Shown: in pieces, positions 9,784 through 19,230 of the stretch
Layout of the letters: each line of letters opens with the position of its first letter
Numbering within the stretch: the first letter of the stretch is position 1
From: Thermoleophilaceae bacterium
GTDB taxonomy: Bacteria; Actinomycetota; Thermoleophilia; Solirubrobacterales; Thermoleophilaceae
Assembly: GCA_036259535.1 (NCBI GenBank)
Contig: DATABO010000065.1
Span: 13,624-77,623, forward strand
DNA length: 64,000 nucleotides
Direction of reading: 5' to 3'
Program-made: the position numbers and the translations under genes
Notes under the pieces: model-generated
Database searches by the model: none
Told to the model about the DNA's origin: nothing
Seen by the model: only the letters and a program-made list of their open reading frames with translations

Positions 9784-12700
9784 TCCGCGGCTCCGCCCCC
9801 TGTGCCCGTCAGGGTGACTCGCTGGCCGCGCCCCCCAGGCTCGCCCGACGACGCGCCGGCGTGGAGCTCCTGGAGCGAGATCGGCTCGTCCTGACCGCCG
9901 AGCCGCGAGCGGATCGCGCGCTGGGCGGCCGAAGCGCCGCTCATCGTCGTGATGCAGGGGATCCCGCGCCCGACGGCCGCGCGGCGGATCTCGTAGCCGT
10001 CGGCGCGGGCGCCCGAGCCGGTGGGCGTGTTGATCACGAGATCGACCTCGCCGGCCTCGATGCGCTCGACGACGTTCGGCGAGCCTTCGCTGAGCTTGCG
10101 GATCCGCTCGACCGGCACGCCCATCCGGCGGATCGCCTGAGCGGTCCCGCCGGTCGCGAGGACCTCGAAGCCAAGGTCGTGGAGCGAGGCGGCGAGCTGC
10201 GTCGCGCTCGACTTGTCGCCGTCGGTGACGCTGATGAAGACGGTCCCGCCGCTCGGCAGCTCGGCGCCGGCGGCGGCCTGCGCCTTGCCGAAGGCCGCCG
10301 GGTAGTCGGCGGCGATGCCCATCACCTCGCCGGTCGACTTCATCTCGGGCCCGAGCCTGGCATCGGCGAGCGGGAAGCGGCCGAACGGCAGCACCGCCTC
10401 CTTGACCGCTACGTGCCCGGGATGGGCGGGCAGCGCAAGCTCCATGTCGGCCAGCCGCTCGCCCAGCATCAGGCGGCAGGCGATCTTCGCCAGCGGCACG
10501 CCGACCGCCTTCGAGACGAACGGCACCGTGCGCGAAGCGCGCGGGTTGGCCTCGATGACATAGAGCTCGTCGTTGCCGAAGACCGCGAACTGGATGTTGA
10601 TCAGGCCGACGACGCCGAGGCTGAGCGCGATCCGCCGCGTCGCGTCCTCGACCTGGGCGAGCATGTCCGGGCCCAGCGACATCGCGGGGATCACGCAGGC
10701 CGAGTCGCCGGAGTGCACGCCGGCCTCCTCGACGTGCTGCATGATCGCGCCGATCTGCGCGGTCTCCCCGTCGCAGAGCGCGTCGACGTCGACCTCGATC
10801 GCGTCCTCCAAGAAGCGATCCAGGAAGATGTCGCCCTCCGGCCGCTCCCCGTCGGCGGTGCGCTCGAGGTAGTCGTCGAGCGCGTCGCGGGAGTAGCAGA
10901 TCTCCATCGCGCGGCCGCCGAGCACGTAGCTCGGCCGGACGAGCAGCGGGTAGCCGACCCGGTCGGCTGCGGTCAATGCCTCCTCGGGCGAGGTGGCTGT
11001 GGCGTAGGGCGGGCTCTTGAGCTCCAGCTCCTCGAGCAGGGCCCCGAAGCTCGGGCGGTCCTCGGCGCGGTGGATCGACTCGACCGGAGTGCCGAGCAGC
11101 TTCACGCCGGCGTCGGCGAGCCCCTGCGCGAGCTTCAGCGGCGTCTGGCCACCGAACTGGACGATCACGCCCTCCGGCTGCTCGAGCTCGATCACGCCGA
11201 GCACGTCATCGAGCGTCAGCGGCTCGAAGTAGAGCCGGTCGGAGGTGTCGTAGTCGGTCGAGACGGTCTCCGGGTTGCAGTTGACCATCACGGCGTCGCG
11301 GCCGGACGCGCGCACGGTCATCGCGGCGTGCACGCAGCAGTAGTCGAACTCGATCCCCTGGCCGATCCGGTTAGGGCCGGAGCCGAGGATCACGACCGAG
11401 GGGTTGTCCCCGCGGCGCACCTCGTGACGCGGGCCATCGCGCCCGGGGCGCTCCCAGCCCGAGTAGTAGTAGGGCGTCGCGGCCTCGAACTCGGCGGCGC
11501 AGGTGTCGACGGCTTTGAAGGTGCGAACGAGGCCCGCCTCGGGGTCCTCGCCGCGGGCGATCGTCGTCATCTCCGCCATGTACCAGGGATCGATGTTGGT
11601 CCGAGCGCACAGCTCCTCGTCGGAGACCCCGCGCCGCGCCGCCTCGAACAGCAGCTCGTAGCGGTCGTGGCTCGGCACCTCGAGCGCCGCCAGCAGCTCC
11701 GCGGTGTCGTCGGGCGGCGACGGCACGACGTCGATCTCGCGCGAGCGCATCGCCTTGACGAAGGCCTGCTTGAAGGTGCGCCCGATCGCCATCGCCTCGC
11801 CGACCGACTGCATGTAGGTCGAGAGCGCGCCGTCGGCGCCGGGAAACTTCTCGAACGCGAAGCGCGGCCACTTCACGACGACGTAGTCGATCGTCGGCTC
11901 GAAGCTCGCCGGCGTGACGCGCGTGATGTCGTTGTCGATCTCCTCGAGCGCGTAGCCGACGGCCAGGCGCGCGGCGATCTTGGCGATCGGGAAGCCGGTC
12001 GCCTTCGAGGCGAGCGCGGAGGAGCGCGAGACGCGCGGGTTCATCTCGATCACGACGATCTCGTCGGTCTCGCGGTTGACCGCGAACTGGATGTTCGAGC
12101 CGCCGGTCTCGACGCCGACCGCTCGGATCACCGCTATCGCCTGGTCACGCAGCAGCTGATACTGGCGGTCCGAGAGCGTCTGCTGCGGCGCCACTGTCAC
12201 CGAGTCGCCGGTGTGGACGCCCATCGGGTCGATGTTCTCGATCGAGCAGACGATCACGACGTTGTCGTTGTGGTCGCGCATCACCTCGAGCTCGAACTCG
12301 CCCCAGCCGATCACCGACTCCTCGACCAGCACCTGACCGATGGGGCTCGCCGCGAGCCCCTCCCCCACGACCTGCTGGTACTCGGCCTCGGTGCGCGCGA
12401 TCCCCCCGCCCTCGCCGCCCATCGTGAAGCCCGGCCGAACGATCGCCGGCAGTCCGATGTCGGGCAGCGCGTCGACGGCCTCCTGGATCGAGGAGACAGC
12501 GGCCGAGCGGGCGGTGCGCAGGCCGGCCTTGGCCATCGTCTCCTTGAACAGGTCGCGGTCCTCGGCGCGCTGGATCGCGTCGTAGTCGGCTCCGATCAGC
12601 TCGACGCCGAAGCGCTCGAGCGTGCCGTCGTCGGTCAGGTCGCGGGCCAGGTTGAGCGCCGTCCCGCCGCCGAGCGTCGGCAGCAGCGCGTCCGGACGCT

Positions 12701-12941
12701 CGCGCTCGATCACGCGCGCCACCGACGCCGGCAGCAGCGGCTCGATGTAGGTCGCGGTGGCGAACTCGGGGTCGGTCATGATCGTCGCCGGGTTCGAGTT
12801 GACCAGCACGACCTCGTAGCCCTCCTCGAGCAGCACCTTGCAGGCCTGCGCGCCGGAGTAGTCGAACTCGGCCGCCTGGCCGATCACAATCGGCCCGCTG
12901 CCGATCACGAGGATCTTGCGGATGTCGTCGCGCCGTGGCAT
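9780..12941 (-). CDS. carB: Carbamoyl-phosphate synthase large subunit
   Basis: 1053 aa with duplicated ATP-grasp halves. N-terminus [30 protein letters not shown]. Confidence 0.98.
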   Translation of the reverse strand: MPRRDDIRKILVIGSGPIVIGQAAEFDYSGAQACKVLLEEGYEVVLVNSNPATIMTDPEFATATYIEPLLPASVARVIERERPDALLPTLGGGTALNLARDLTDDGTLERFGVELIGADYDAIQRAEDRDLFKETMAKAGLRTARSAAVSSIQEAVDALPDIGLPAIVRPGFTMGGEGGGIARTEAEYQQVVGEGLAASPIGQVLVEESVIGWGEFELEVMRDHNDNVVIVCSIENIDPMGVHTGDSVTVAPQQTLSDRQYQLLRDQAIAVIRAVGVETGGSNIQFAVNRETDEIVVIEMNPRVSRSSALASKATGFPIAKIAARLAVGYALEEIDNDITRVTPASFEPTIDYVVVKWPRFAFEKFPGADGALSTYMQSVGEAMAIGRTFKQAFVKAMRSREIDVVPSPPDDTAELLAALEVPSHDRYELLFEAARRGVSDEELCARTNIDPWYMAEMTTIARGEDPEAGLVRTFKAVDTCAAEFEAATPYYYSGWERPGRDGPRHEVRRGDNPSVVILGSGPNRIGQGIEFDYCCVHAAMTVRASGRDAVMVNCNPETVSTDYDTSDRLYFEPLTLDDVLGVIELEQPEGVIVQFGGQTPLKLAQGLADAGVKLLGTPVESIHRAEDRPSFGALLEELELKSPPYATATSPEEALTAADRVGYPLLVRPSYVLGGRAMEICYSRDALDDYLERTADGERPEGDIFLDRFLEDAIEVDVDALCDGETAQIGAIMQHVEEAGVHSGDSACVIPAMSLGPDMLAQVEDATRRIALSLGVVGLINIQFAVFGNDELYVIEANPRASRTVPFVSKAVGVPLAKIACRLMLGERLADMELALPAHPGHVAVKEAVLPFGRFPLADARLGPEMKSTGEVMGIAADYPAAFGKAQAAAGAELPSGGTVFISVTDGDKSSATQLAASLHDLGFEVLATGGTAQAIRRMGVPVERIRKLSEGSPNVVERIEAGEVDLVINTPTGSGARADGYEIRRAAVGRGIPCITTMSGASAAQRAIRSRLGGQDEPISLQELHAGASSGEPGGRGQRVTLTGTGGGAAE

Positions 12942-14068
12942 CAGACCCGCTCGACCATCCGCAGGAAGCGATCGAAGATGTGGAAGCTGTCATGTGGCCC
13001 AGGCCCGGCCTCCGGGTGGTACTGGACGGTCGCCCCGGGCACGTCGCGCAGCACCAGCCCCTCGACCGTGCGGTCGTAGAGGTTGATCTGCGAGAGCTCG
13101 GCAGCGCCGAAGTCGGTCTCCCAACGGACCGGCTCGTCGGTCTCGATCGTGTTCGCGCCGTCGGGGCCGACGACCGCGAAGCCGTGGTTCTGGCTGGTGA
13201 TGTCGATGCGGCCGGTCTCGAGGTCCTTGACCGGGTGGTTGGCGCCGCGGTGGCCGAACGGCAGCTTGGTCGTCTCGAGGCCGACGGCGCGGCAGAGCAG
13301 CTGGTGGCCGAGGCAGATCCCGAACACCGGCCGCTTGCCGATCAGCTCACGGACGGTGTCCACCACGTAGCCGAGCGCCGCCGGATCGCCGGGCCCGTTG
13401 GCGAGGAAGAAGGCGTCGGCATCGCGCGCGAGCAGGTCGTCCGCGCTCGTGGTGCAGGGATGCAGCTCGATCCGCGCCCCGCGCTCGCGCAGGTGACGGA
13501 CGATCGAGTCCTTGATCCCGGTGTCGATCGCGACGATCGTCGGCCCCGCCGCGTCGGTCAGCGGGTCCAGCAGGACCGGCTCTTCCGGCGTGACCTCGCG
13601 GGCGAGGTCCGCCCCGGCCATCGCCGGCTCGCCGCGAACTCGCTCCATCGCCTCGGCCTCCGCGAGATCGCCCGGGAAGACGCCGCCGCGCATCGCGCCG
13701 CGGTCGCGGATGTGGCGCACCAGCGCGCGCGTGTCGACGCCTCCGATCGCCGGAATGCCGCAGTCCGCCAGCCAAGTCAGCCAGCCGCCCTCGGCGTGTG
13801 GGGCGTCCTCGCGATCGCCGCCCTCGCGCATCACGACCGCGCGCGCGTGGACCGCGTCGGACTCCATGTTCTCGGTTGCGACGCCGTAGTTGCCGATCAG
13901 CGGATAGGTGAAGACGATGATCTGCCCGCGGTAGCTCGGATCGCTGACCGACTCCTGGTAGCCGGACATCGCCGTGTTGAAGACGACCTCGCCGGTCGCG
14001 GCGATCGGGGCCCCGACGGCCTCACCGTCGAAGCGCGTGCCGTCCTCGAGCAGCAGGTAGGCGCTCAC
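12941..14068 (-). CDS. carA: Carbamoyl-phosphate synthase small (glutaminase) subunit
   Basis: 375 aa. GICLGHQLL catalytic Cys motif. Directly upstream of carB. Confidence 0.97.
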   Translation of the reverse strand: MSAYLLLEDGTRFDGEAVGAPIAATGEVVFNTAMSGYQESVSDPSYRGQIIVFTYPLIGNYGVATENMESDAVHARAVVMREGGDREDAPHAEGGWLTWLADCGIPAIGGVDTRALVRHIRDRGAMRGGVFPGDLAEAEAMERVRGEPAMAGADLAREVTPEEPVLLDPLTDAAGPTIVAIDTGIKDSIVRHLRERGARIELHPCTTSADDLLARDADAFFLANGPGDPAALGYVVDTVRELIGKRPVFGICLGHQLLCRAVGLETTKLPFGHRGANHPVKDLETGRIDITSQNHGFAVVGPDGANTIETDEPVRWETDFGAAELSQINLYDRTVEGLVLRDVPGATVQYHPEAGPGPHDSFHIFDRFLRMVERV

Positions 14069-15486
14069 TGGACCGCCTCGATCGCGAACGAACGCTCGCG
14101 GAAGGCGACCGCGCCCGCGGCCACGGTCATGCGAACGCGGCCGGTCAGCCGCCGCCCCCCGAACGCGCAGTTCGCCGAGCGGCTCTCGTAGCCGGCCTCA
14201 CCGACCTCCCAGACCGCGTCGAGGTCGACCAGGCAGACGTTCGCCGGCGCGCCCTTGGCGAGCGTCGGCACGATCAGGCCGAACGGCTCGCAGCCGGCCG
14301 TCATCCGCTCGACGACCAGCCCAAGGTCGAGCACGCCGGGCAACACGAGGTCGGTGTGGATCGCCGCGAAGGCGGACTCCAGGCCCGTCACGCCCATCGG
14401 CGCCAGCTCGAACGGCTCCTCCTTCTCCTCGCGCGAGTGCGGCGCGTGGTCGGTCGCGACGCAGTCGAGCACGCCCGAGCGCAGCCCGTCGATCAGCGCC
14501 TGGCGGTCGTCCTCGGTGCGCAGCGGCGGATTCATCTTGTAGTGGGTGTCGAGCGAGCGGACGGCGTCGTCGGTCAGGAGCAGGTGGTGTGGCGAGGCCT
14601 CTGCGGTCACCTCGACGCCGGCCGCCTTCGCGCGGGCGAGCACCTCGACGGTTCGCCGCGCCGAGACGTGCTGGACGTGAATGCGCCCGTCCTCGTAACC
14701 GGCGAGCTCGCAGTCGCGCGCGACCATCGTCGACTCCGAGACCGACGGGATCCCGGCGAGGCCGAGCATCGCCGACACCTCGCCCTCGTGCATCACGCCG
14801 CCGGCCGACAGCGTCGGGTCCTCCTCGTGCAGGGCCAGGACACAGCCGCTCAATCGCTGGTAGCGCAGGGCGTGGCGCATGATCCCGGCCGAGCGCACCG
14901 GGAGGCCGTCGTCGGTGAACGCGGTCGCGCCGGCATCGGCCAGCTCCGCCATCTCGGTGAGGCGCTCGCCCTGCATGCCCACCGTGATCGAGGCGGTGAA
15001 GCCGGTCGGGATACGCGCCTCCGCGCGGGCCCGCTCGCGCAGCGAGCGCAGGACCGGAGCCGAGTCGACCACCGGGTCGGTGTTGGGCATCGCCAGGATC
15101 GCGCAATAGCCGCCGGCGGCTGCTGCGCGCGTGCCGGTCTCGATGTCCTCCTCGTCCTCGCGGCCCGGCGTTCGCAGGTGGACGTGCGGGTCGACGAAGG
15201 CCGGGAACGCATGCAGCCGCTCGGCCTCGACGACCTCGGCGCCATCCGGGGCGACCAGCGAGCCTGGAGCGCCGATCTCGGCGATCTCGCCGTTGCGGAT
15301 CAGGAGGTCACCGGGCTGGTCGAGGCCCAGCCGCGGGTCGAGCAGCTGGGCGCTGCGAATCAGGACCGTGGCGTCCGGGACAGGCGCTCGATCCAACCGA
15401 CCGGACTCGGATGCCGTCGGGGGGCTCCCGCCCCCCGGACCCCCCGCGGAGCCGTGGCCGCGCGCGGTGCTCATACGGCTCGTCAT
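14065..15486 (-). CDS. pyrC: Dihydroorotase
   Basis: FVDPHVHLRTPG metal-binding motif and a DHAPH motif. I set the start at the ATG at 15486, overlapping the pyrB stop (ATGA). The ATG at 15474 is an alternative. The track ORF to 15897 overlaps pyrB. Confidence 0.9.
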   Translation of the reverse strand: MTSRMSTARGHGSAGGPGGGSPPTASESGRLDRAPVPDATVLIRSAQLLDPRLGLDQPGDLLIRNGEIAEIGAPGSLVAPDGAEVVEAERLHAFPAFVDPHVHLRTPGREDEEDIETGTRAAAAGGYCAILAMPNTDPVVDSAPVLRSLRERARAEARIPTGFTASITVGMQGERLTEMAELADAGATAFTDDGLPVRSAGIMRHALRYQRLSGCVLALHEEDPTLSAGGVMHEGEVSAMLGLAGIPSVSESTMVARDCELAGYEDGRIHVQHVSARRTVEVLARAKAAGVEVTAEASPHHLLLTDDAVRSLDTHYKMNPPLRTEDDRQALIDGLRSGVLDCVATDHAPHSREEKEEPFELAPMGVTGLESAFAAIHTDLVLPGVLDLGLVVERMTAGCEPFGLIVPTLAKGAPANVCLVDLDAVWEVGEAGYESRSANCAFGGRRLTGRVRMTVAAGAVAFRERSFAIEAVQ

Positions 15487-16448
15487 GCGGGCTGGCGCTC
15501 CGTCGGGTCGTCGGTGGTGAGGCGCTGGCCGGCGGCGGGGCCGCCGCCCTGGCCGGCGGTCAGCAGCTCGTAGAGGACTGCCATCCGGACGACGACGCCC
15601 GACTCGACCTGCTCGGCGATCAGCGCCTGCGGCGAGTCGATCACCTCGGCCGACAGCTCGACGCCGCGGTTGACGGGGCCCGGGTGCATCAGCAACTGTC
15701 CCGGGCCCAGCCGGCGGCCGTTGATCTGGTAGCGCGCGGCGTACTCGCGCAGCGACGGGACCAGTTCGCCGGTCATGCGCTCCTGCTGCATGCGCAGCGC
15801 GTAGACGACGTCGGCCTCGCCGAGCTCGTCGAGCGTGTGACGGACCTCGCAGCCGAGCGCCTCGATCCCGCGCGGGATCAGCGTCGGCGGGCCGCACACG
15901 GTGACCCTGCAGCCCATGCGCGCGAACGCCAGCACGCCCGACCGCGCGACGCGGCTGTGCAGCACGTCGCCGACGATCCAGACGCGCAGGCCGTCGAGCG
16001 AGCCGGTGCGGCGGCGCAGCGTGTAGAGGTCGAGCAGCGCCTGGGTCGGGTGCTCGTGCTTGCCGTCGCCGGCGTTGATCACCGAGGCGCGCGTCCAGCG
16101 GGCGACGAGCGCCGCTGCGCCGACGTTCGGCGAGCGGATAACGATCGCCGCGGGGTCGTAGGCCGACAGCGTCTGCACCGTGTCCTTGAGCGACTCGCCC
16201 TTGTCGACCGACGACCCCTGCGCCTTGATCGACACGAGGTCGGCCGAGAGCCGCTTGGCCGCCAGCTCGAACGACGAGCTGGTGCGCGTGGAGGACTCGT
16301 AGAAGAGGTTGACGATGGTCCGTCCACGCAGCGTCGGCACCTTCTTGATCTCGCGCCCGGACACCTCGGCGAAGCTCTCGGCCCGGCGCAGGATGCGCTC
16401 GATGTCCTCGCGCGAGAGCCCGTCGATCGACAGCAGGTGGCGCTTCAC
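15483..16448 (-). CDS. pyrB: Aspartate carbamoyltransferase catalytic subunit
   Basis: 321 aa with STRTSSSFE and HPTQALLD motifs. Confidence 0.97.
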   Translation of the reverse strand: MKRHLLSIDGLSREDIERILRRAESFAEVSGREIKKVPTLRGRTIVNLFYESSTRTSSSFELAAKRLSADLVSIKAQGSSVDKGESLKDTVQTLSAYDPAAIVIRSPNVGAAALVARWTRASVINAGDGKHEHPTQALLDLYTLRRRTGSLDGLRVWIVGDVLHSRVARSGVLAFARMGCRVTVCGPPTLIPRGIEALGCEVRHTLDELGEADVVYALRMQQERMTGELVPSLREYAARYQINGRRLGPGQLLMHPGPVNRGVELSAEVIDSPQALIAEQVESGVVVRMAVLYELLTAGQGGGPAAGQRLTTDDPTERQPA

Positions 16449-17023
16449 GGATCGGTCCTCCTGATCGTGATGTCGATGGCCGAGACGATCGTCACCTCGT
16501 CCTCGCCGTCGAGCTCCTCGACGTGGACGTTGACCCGCTCGCTGCGCGCCGTCGGCAGGTTCTTGCCGACGTAGTCCGGACGGATCGGCAGCTCGCGGTG
16601 GCCGCGATCGGCGAGCACGGCGAGCTGCACGCGCCGCGGCCGGCCGTAGTCGAAGAGAGCATCGATCGCCGCGCGCACCGTGCGGCCGGTGAACAGCACG
16701 TCGTCGACGAGGACGACCGTCGTCTCCTCGACGGGGAAGTCGACGTGCGACGCGTGGACCACCGGCCCGGTCGGGTCGTCGGAGCCGGAGCCGCGGAGCC
16801 CGACGTCGTCGCGGTAGAAGGAGATGTCGACGTCGCCGAGTGGCACCGGCTCGCCGACGAGCTCGGCCACCTGATCGCGCAGGCGGGCGGCGAGCAGCGC
16901 GCCACGGCGGTGGATGCCGACGATCGCGAGTGGATCGCCGCCGTTGCGCTCCACGATCTCGTGAGCGATGCGGACCAGGGTTCGCCGTACGTCATCGCGG
17001 TCGAGGACGACCTTGTGGCTCAC
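16445..17023 (-). CDS. pyrR: Pyrimidine operon regulator / uracil phosphoribosyltransferase PyrR
   Basis: PRPP motif [17 protein letters not shown]. The GTG at 17023 is preceded by GAAGGGG. The track start (GTG at 17050) falls inside the candidate PyrR-binding loop, so it is less likely. Confidence 0.88.
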   Translation of the reverse strand: MSHKVVLDRDDVRRTLVRIAHEIVERNGGDPLAIVGIHRRGALLAARLRDQVAELVGEPVPLGDVDISFYRDDVGLRGSGSDDPTGPVVHASHVDFPVEETTVVLVDDVLFTGRTVRAAIDALFDYGRPRRVQLAVLADRGHRELPIRPDYVGKNLPTARSERVNVHVEELDGEDEVTIVSAIDITIRRTDP

Positions 17024-17042
17024 TGCTGTCTTGCCCCTTCCT

Positions 17043-17056
17043 GGCCTCACGGGACC
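17043..17056 (-). promoter_or_regulatory. Candidate PyrR-binding loop in the pyr leader
   Basis: The minus-strand RNA reads GGUCCCGUGAGGCC just 5' of the AGGAAGGGG SD. Compare the PyrR box consensus ARUCCAGAGAGGYU (about 10/14 match by hand). A TACATT -10-like hexamer lies at 17079-17084. Confidence 0.4.
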
Positions 17057-17108
17057 GGGTTAAAGAGACTGCGCCGCGAATGTAGCAGGACGCTTGGATG
17101 ACTCGGGC

Positions 17109-18044
17109 CTACTCGGCCCTGACGTGGACCGGCTCGCCGCGCTCAGGGAACGGGATCTCGATGCGGTCGAAGTCACGCGGGACGATCGTCGCTTCGAACT
17201 CCGCACGCGCCTCCTCGCGCAGCAAGCCGACCGGATAGCGAGTCGAGACGTGGGTCAGCGCGAGCAGCGCGACGTCGGCATCGGCCGCGAGCATCGCCGC
17301 CTGACGAGCCGTCGAGTGGCCGGTCTCACGCGCCCGGTCGAGATCCTCGTGCATGAACGTCGCCTCGTGGACGAGCACGTCGGCGCCGTGGGCCTCGCCG
17401 CGCGTCATGTCGCAGGGCGCGCTATCGCCGGAGAAGACGATCTTGCGCCCGAGGCGGGTCTCGCCGAGCACCTGCTCCGGCCTCACCTCGCCGGCCGATC
17501 CCTGAACGGGCTCGCCACGCTGCAGGCGCCCGAAGTCCGGGCCGGGTGTGACGCCGAGCTCGCGCGCCCGCGCCTCGTCGAAGCGTCCGGGCCGGTCGTC
17601 CTCGACCAGCGCGTAGCCGTGTGCCGGGACCCGGTGTGCCACCGAGAATGCCGCGATCGAGTAGCCGTCACGCTCGAGGTCCTCCCCGCTCTCGAGCTCG
17701 ATCGTCCGCACGTCGAAGCCCGGCTTGCCGATCAGCGGCGCGAGCACCCTGAAGAGCTGGCGCAGCCCGGGCGGGCCGTAGACGTTGAGCGGACGCTCGC
17801 GGCCCTGGAGCCCGAACGTCTTCAGCATCCCGGGCAAGCCGAGCACGTGGTCGGCGTGGAAGTGCGTGATGAACACGTCGTCGAGGTCGACGAGCCCGAC
17901 AGAGCGGATCAGCTGGCGCTGCGTGCCCTCGCCGCAGTCGATCAGCAGCCGCTCTCCCCCGCGCCGGATCAGCGTCGCGGGCAGGCCGCGGCGCGCGGTG
18001 GGCGTCGAGCCCGCCGTGCCGATGAAGACGACGTCGAGGTCCAT
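17109..18044 (-). CDS. rnz: Ribonuclease Z (tRNA 3' endonuclease, MBL fold)
   Basis: 311 aa. MDLDVVFIGTAGSTPTARRGLPATLI...ITHFHADHVLGLPG is typical of RNase Z. Confidence 0.9.
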   Translation of the reverse strand: MDLDVVFIGTAGSTPTARRGLPATLIRRGGERLLIDCGEGTQRQLIRSVGLVDLDDVFITHFHADHVLGLPGMLKTFGLQGRERPLNVYGPPGLRQLFRVLAPLIGKPGFDVRTIELESGEDLERDGYSIAAFSVAHRVPAHGYALVEDDRPGRFDEARARELGVTPGPDFGRLQRGEPVQGSAGEVRPEQVLGETRLGRKIVFSGDSAPCDMTRGEAHGADVLVHEATFMHEDLDRARETGHSTARQAAMLAADADVALLALTHVSTRYPVGLLREEARAEFEATIVPRDFDRIEIPFPERGEPVHVRAE

Positions 18045-18081
18045 GAGGCCGCGTATCTTCGCGGGCCGGCCGCGCAGCCGC

Positions 18082-18570
18082 TCAGTCGAGCGCGATCAGC
18101 TCGAACTCGACGCGGCCGCCGTCGACGTGCGCGAGCCCCATCGTGTGCACCGGCGAGCGCCGCCGCTCGGTCGGGCTGCCCGGGTTGAAGATCTGGAACT
18201 CGTCCGTCTGCTCGTGCAAAGGGACGTGCGAGTGGCCGAAGACGACGGCTGCCGCCGTAGGGAACCTGCGCCGCATCCGCGCCAGACGGCCGCGCGCCGG
18301 GCCGGCGTCGTGGACCATCGCGACCTCCGTCCCGCCGGCGTCGACCTTCGCTTGGGCTGGAAGCATCCGTCGCAGCTCGGGGCTGTCGACGTTTCCGCAG
18401 ACCGCCACCACGGGCGGTCCGAGCGCCTCCAGCTCGGCAAGCACCGCCTTCGTGCTCAGGTCGCCGGCATGCAGGATGCGGTCGGCGCCGCGCAGCAGCT
18501 CCACGCAGCGCGCCGGCAACCTCCGCGCACTTTTCGGCAGATGCGTGTCCGAGATGATCGCGAGCAGCAT
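18082..18570 (-). CDS. YfcE/MJ0936-family metallophosphoesterase
   Basis: 162 aa with the motifs ISDTHLP, HAGDL, GNVD and GHSHVP. Confidence 0.85.
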   Translation of the reverse strand: MLLAIISDTHLPKSARRLPARCVELLRGADRILHAGDLSTKAVLAELEALGPPVVAVCGNVDSPELRRMLPAQAKVDAGGTEVAMVHDAGPARGRLARMRRRFPTAAAVVFGHSHVPLHEQTDEFQIFNPGSPTERRRSPVHTMGLAHVDGGRVEFELIALD

Positions 18571-18593
18571 CGGTCTAGACTGACGTCTCCCCC

Positions 18594-18631
18594 GCGCCCG
18601 TAGCTCAGTGGATAGAGCGCTTGCCTCCGGA
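18594..18631 (+). pseudogene. 5' half of the host tRNA-Arg(CCG) gene (attL junction); downstream 18632-18666 is a decayed 3'-half-like sequence
   Basis: GCGCCCG TA GCTC AGTGGATA GAGC G CTTGC CTCCGGA. The following CCAGG..CAAGG CTCCAAT CGAGC CGGCCGT cannot form the anticodon stem, T stem or acceptor stem. The matching 3' half is at 38231-38273. Confidence 0.8.
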
Positions 18632-18727
18632 CCAGGAGTGCCAAGGCTCCAATCGAGCCGGCCGTTTCAAGCCAGGAGCGGGATTGCCCTGGTTGCGCCT
18701 GTTGCCCTGACGGGCTGAAACAGGGCT

Positions 18728-18751
18728 TCTGGCCAAAACTCTGGCCAAAAC
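18728..18751 (+). repeat. Tandem 12-nt repeat TCTGGCCAAAAC x2 (candidate integrase arm-type sites, P' arm)
   Basis: A perfect tandem copy 97 nt right of the attL core. A near-identical pair (GCTGGCCAGAAC TCTGGCCAAAAC) lies at 38102-38125, 106 nt left of the attR core. Confidence 0.5.
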
Positions 18752-18828
18752 CCCCGGCGATCGCCGGGGGTCGCCGGGCATCCGGCGATGCCGGCGCGGC
18801 GGTGTGGCGACCGGCGGAGGCCGGTCGC
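18751..18828 (+). promoter_or_regulatory. Palindrome/hairpin cluster upstream of xis (operator candidates)
   Basis: CCCCCGGCGATCGCCGGGGG is a perfect 20-nt palindrome (18751-18770). GCGACCGGC-GGAG-GCCGGTCGC is a 9-bp stem (18807-18828), 20 nt before the xis ATG. Confidence 0.35.
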
Positions 18829-18847
18829 GTCTTCTTGGGCACGGCCG

Positions 18848-19195
18848 ATGCAGCGTGTCGTCGACACCCCCGCCCCACTCTCAGAAGACCGCTTGGCGGA
18901 GGCGATCGCCAGCAAGGTCGTCGCGATGGTCCGCGACGAGCTGGGCTGGGCGCGCGACGAGGAGTGGATCGACGCCAAGGAGGTCGCGCGACGCTTCGGG
19001 CTGTCGCGCTCCTGGGTCTACGAGCACTCGGGGCTGCTCTGCGCACGACGTGCCGGGACTGGCAAGCGGCCGCGGCTGCGGTTCGAGCCGAGCGTTGTCG
19101 CCGCCGCCCTGCGCGACGCGCAGGCGGCTGCGGAGCGCGAGCCGGACCTCGGCGACCTGGAGATCCACGTTCCTCGGGTGCGCTCCAAGGCGTGA
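18848..19195 (+). CDS. xis: Excisionase / MerR-like HTH DNA-binding protein (Xis-type)
   Basis: WIDAKEVARRFGLSRSWVYEHSG...KRPRLRFEPSVV is a typical excisionase-family HTH. Lies immediately upstream of the integrase. ATG at 18848. Confidence 0.75.
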   Translation: MQRVVDTPAPLSEDRLAEAIASKVVAMVRDELGWARDEEWIDAKEVARRFGLSRSWVYEHSGLLCARRAGTGKRPRLRFEPSVVAAALRDAQAAAEREPDLGDLEIHVPRVRSKA

Positions 19196-19230
19196 GCGGC
19201 GCCCGCACTTCTTGAAGTTCGGAGGCAGGC

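Noticed and set aside
9750-13079. 1109-aa plus-strand ORF, the longest in the track.
   Set aside because: It is exactly antisense to carB. Its composition is Arg/Asp/Gly/Leu-rich low complexity, typical of open antisense frames in very GC-rich DNA. carB on the other strand has unmistakable motifs.
18594-18666. Possibility that the first tRNA-like sequence is a functional full-length tRNA-Arg.
   Set aside because: After the anticodon loop, the anticodon stem (CTTGC vs CCAGG), T stem (CAAGG vs CGAGC) and acceptor (GCGCCCG vs CGGCCGT) do not pair. Only the 5' half is intact.
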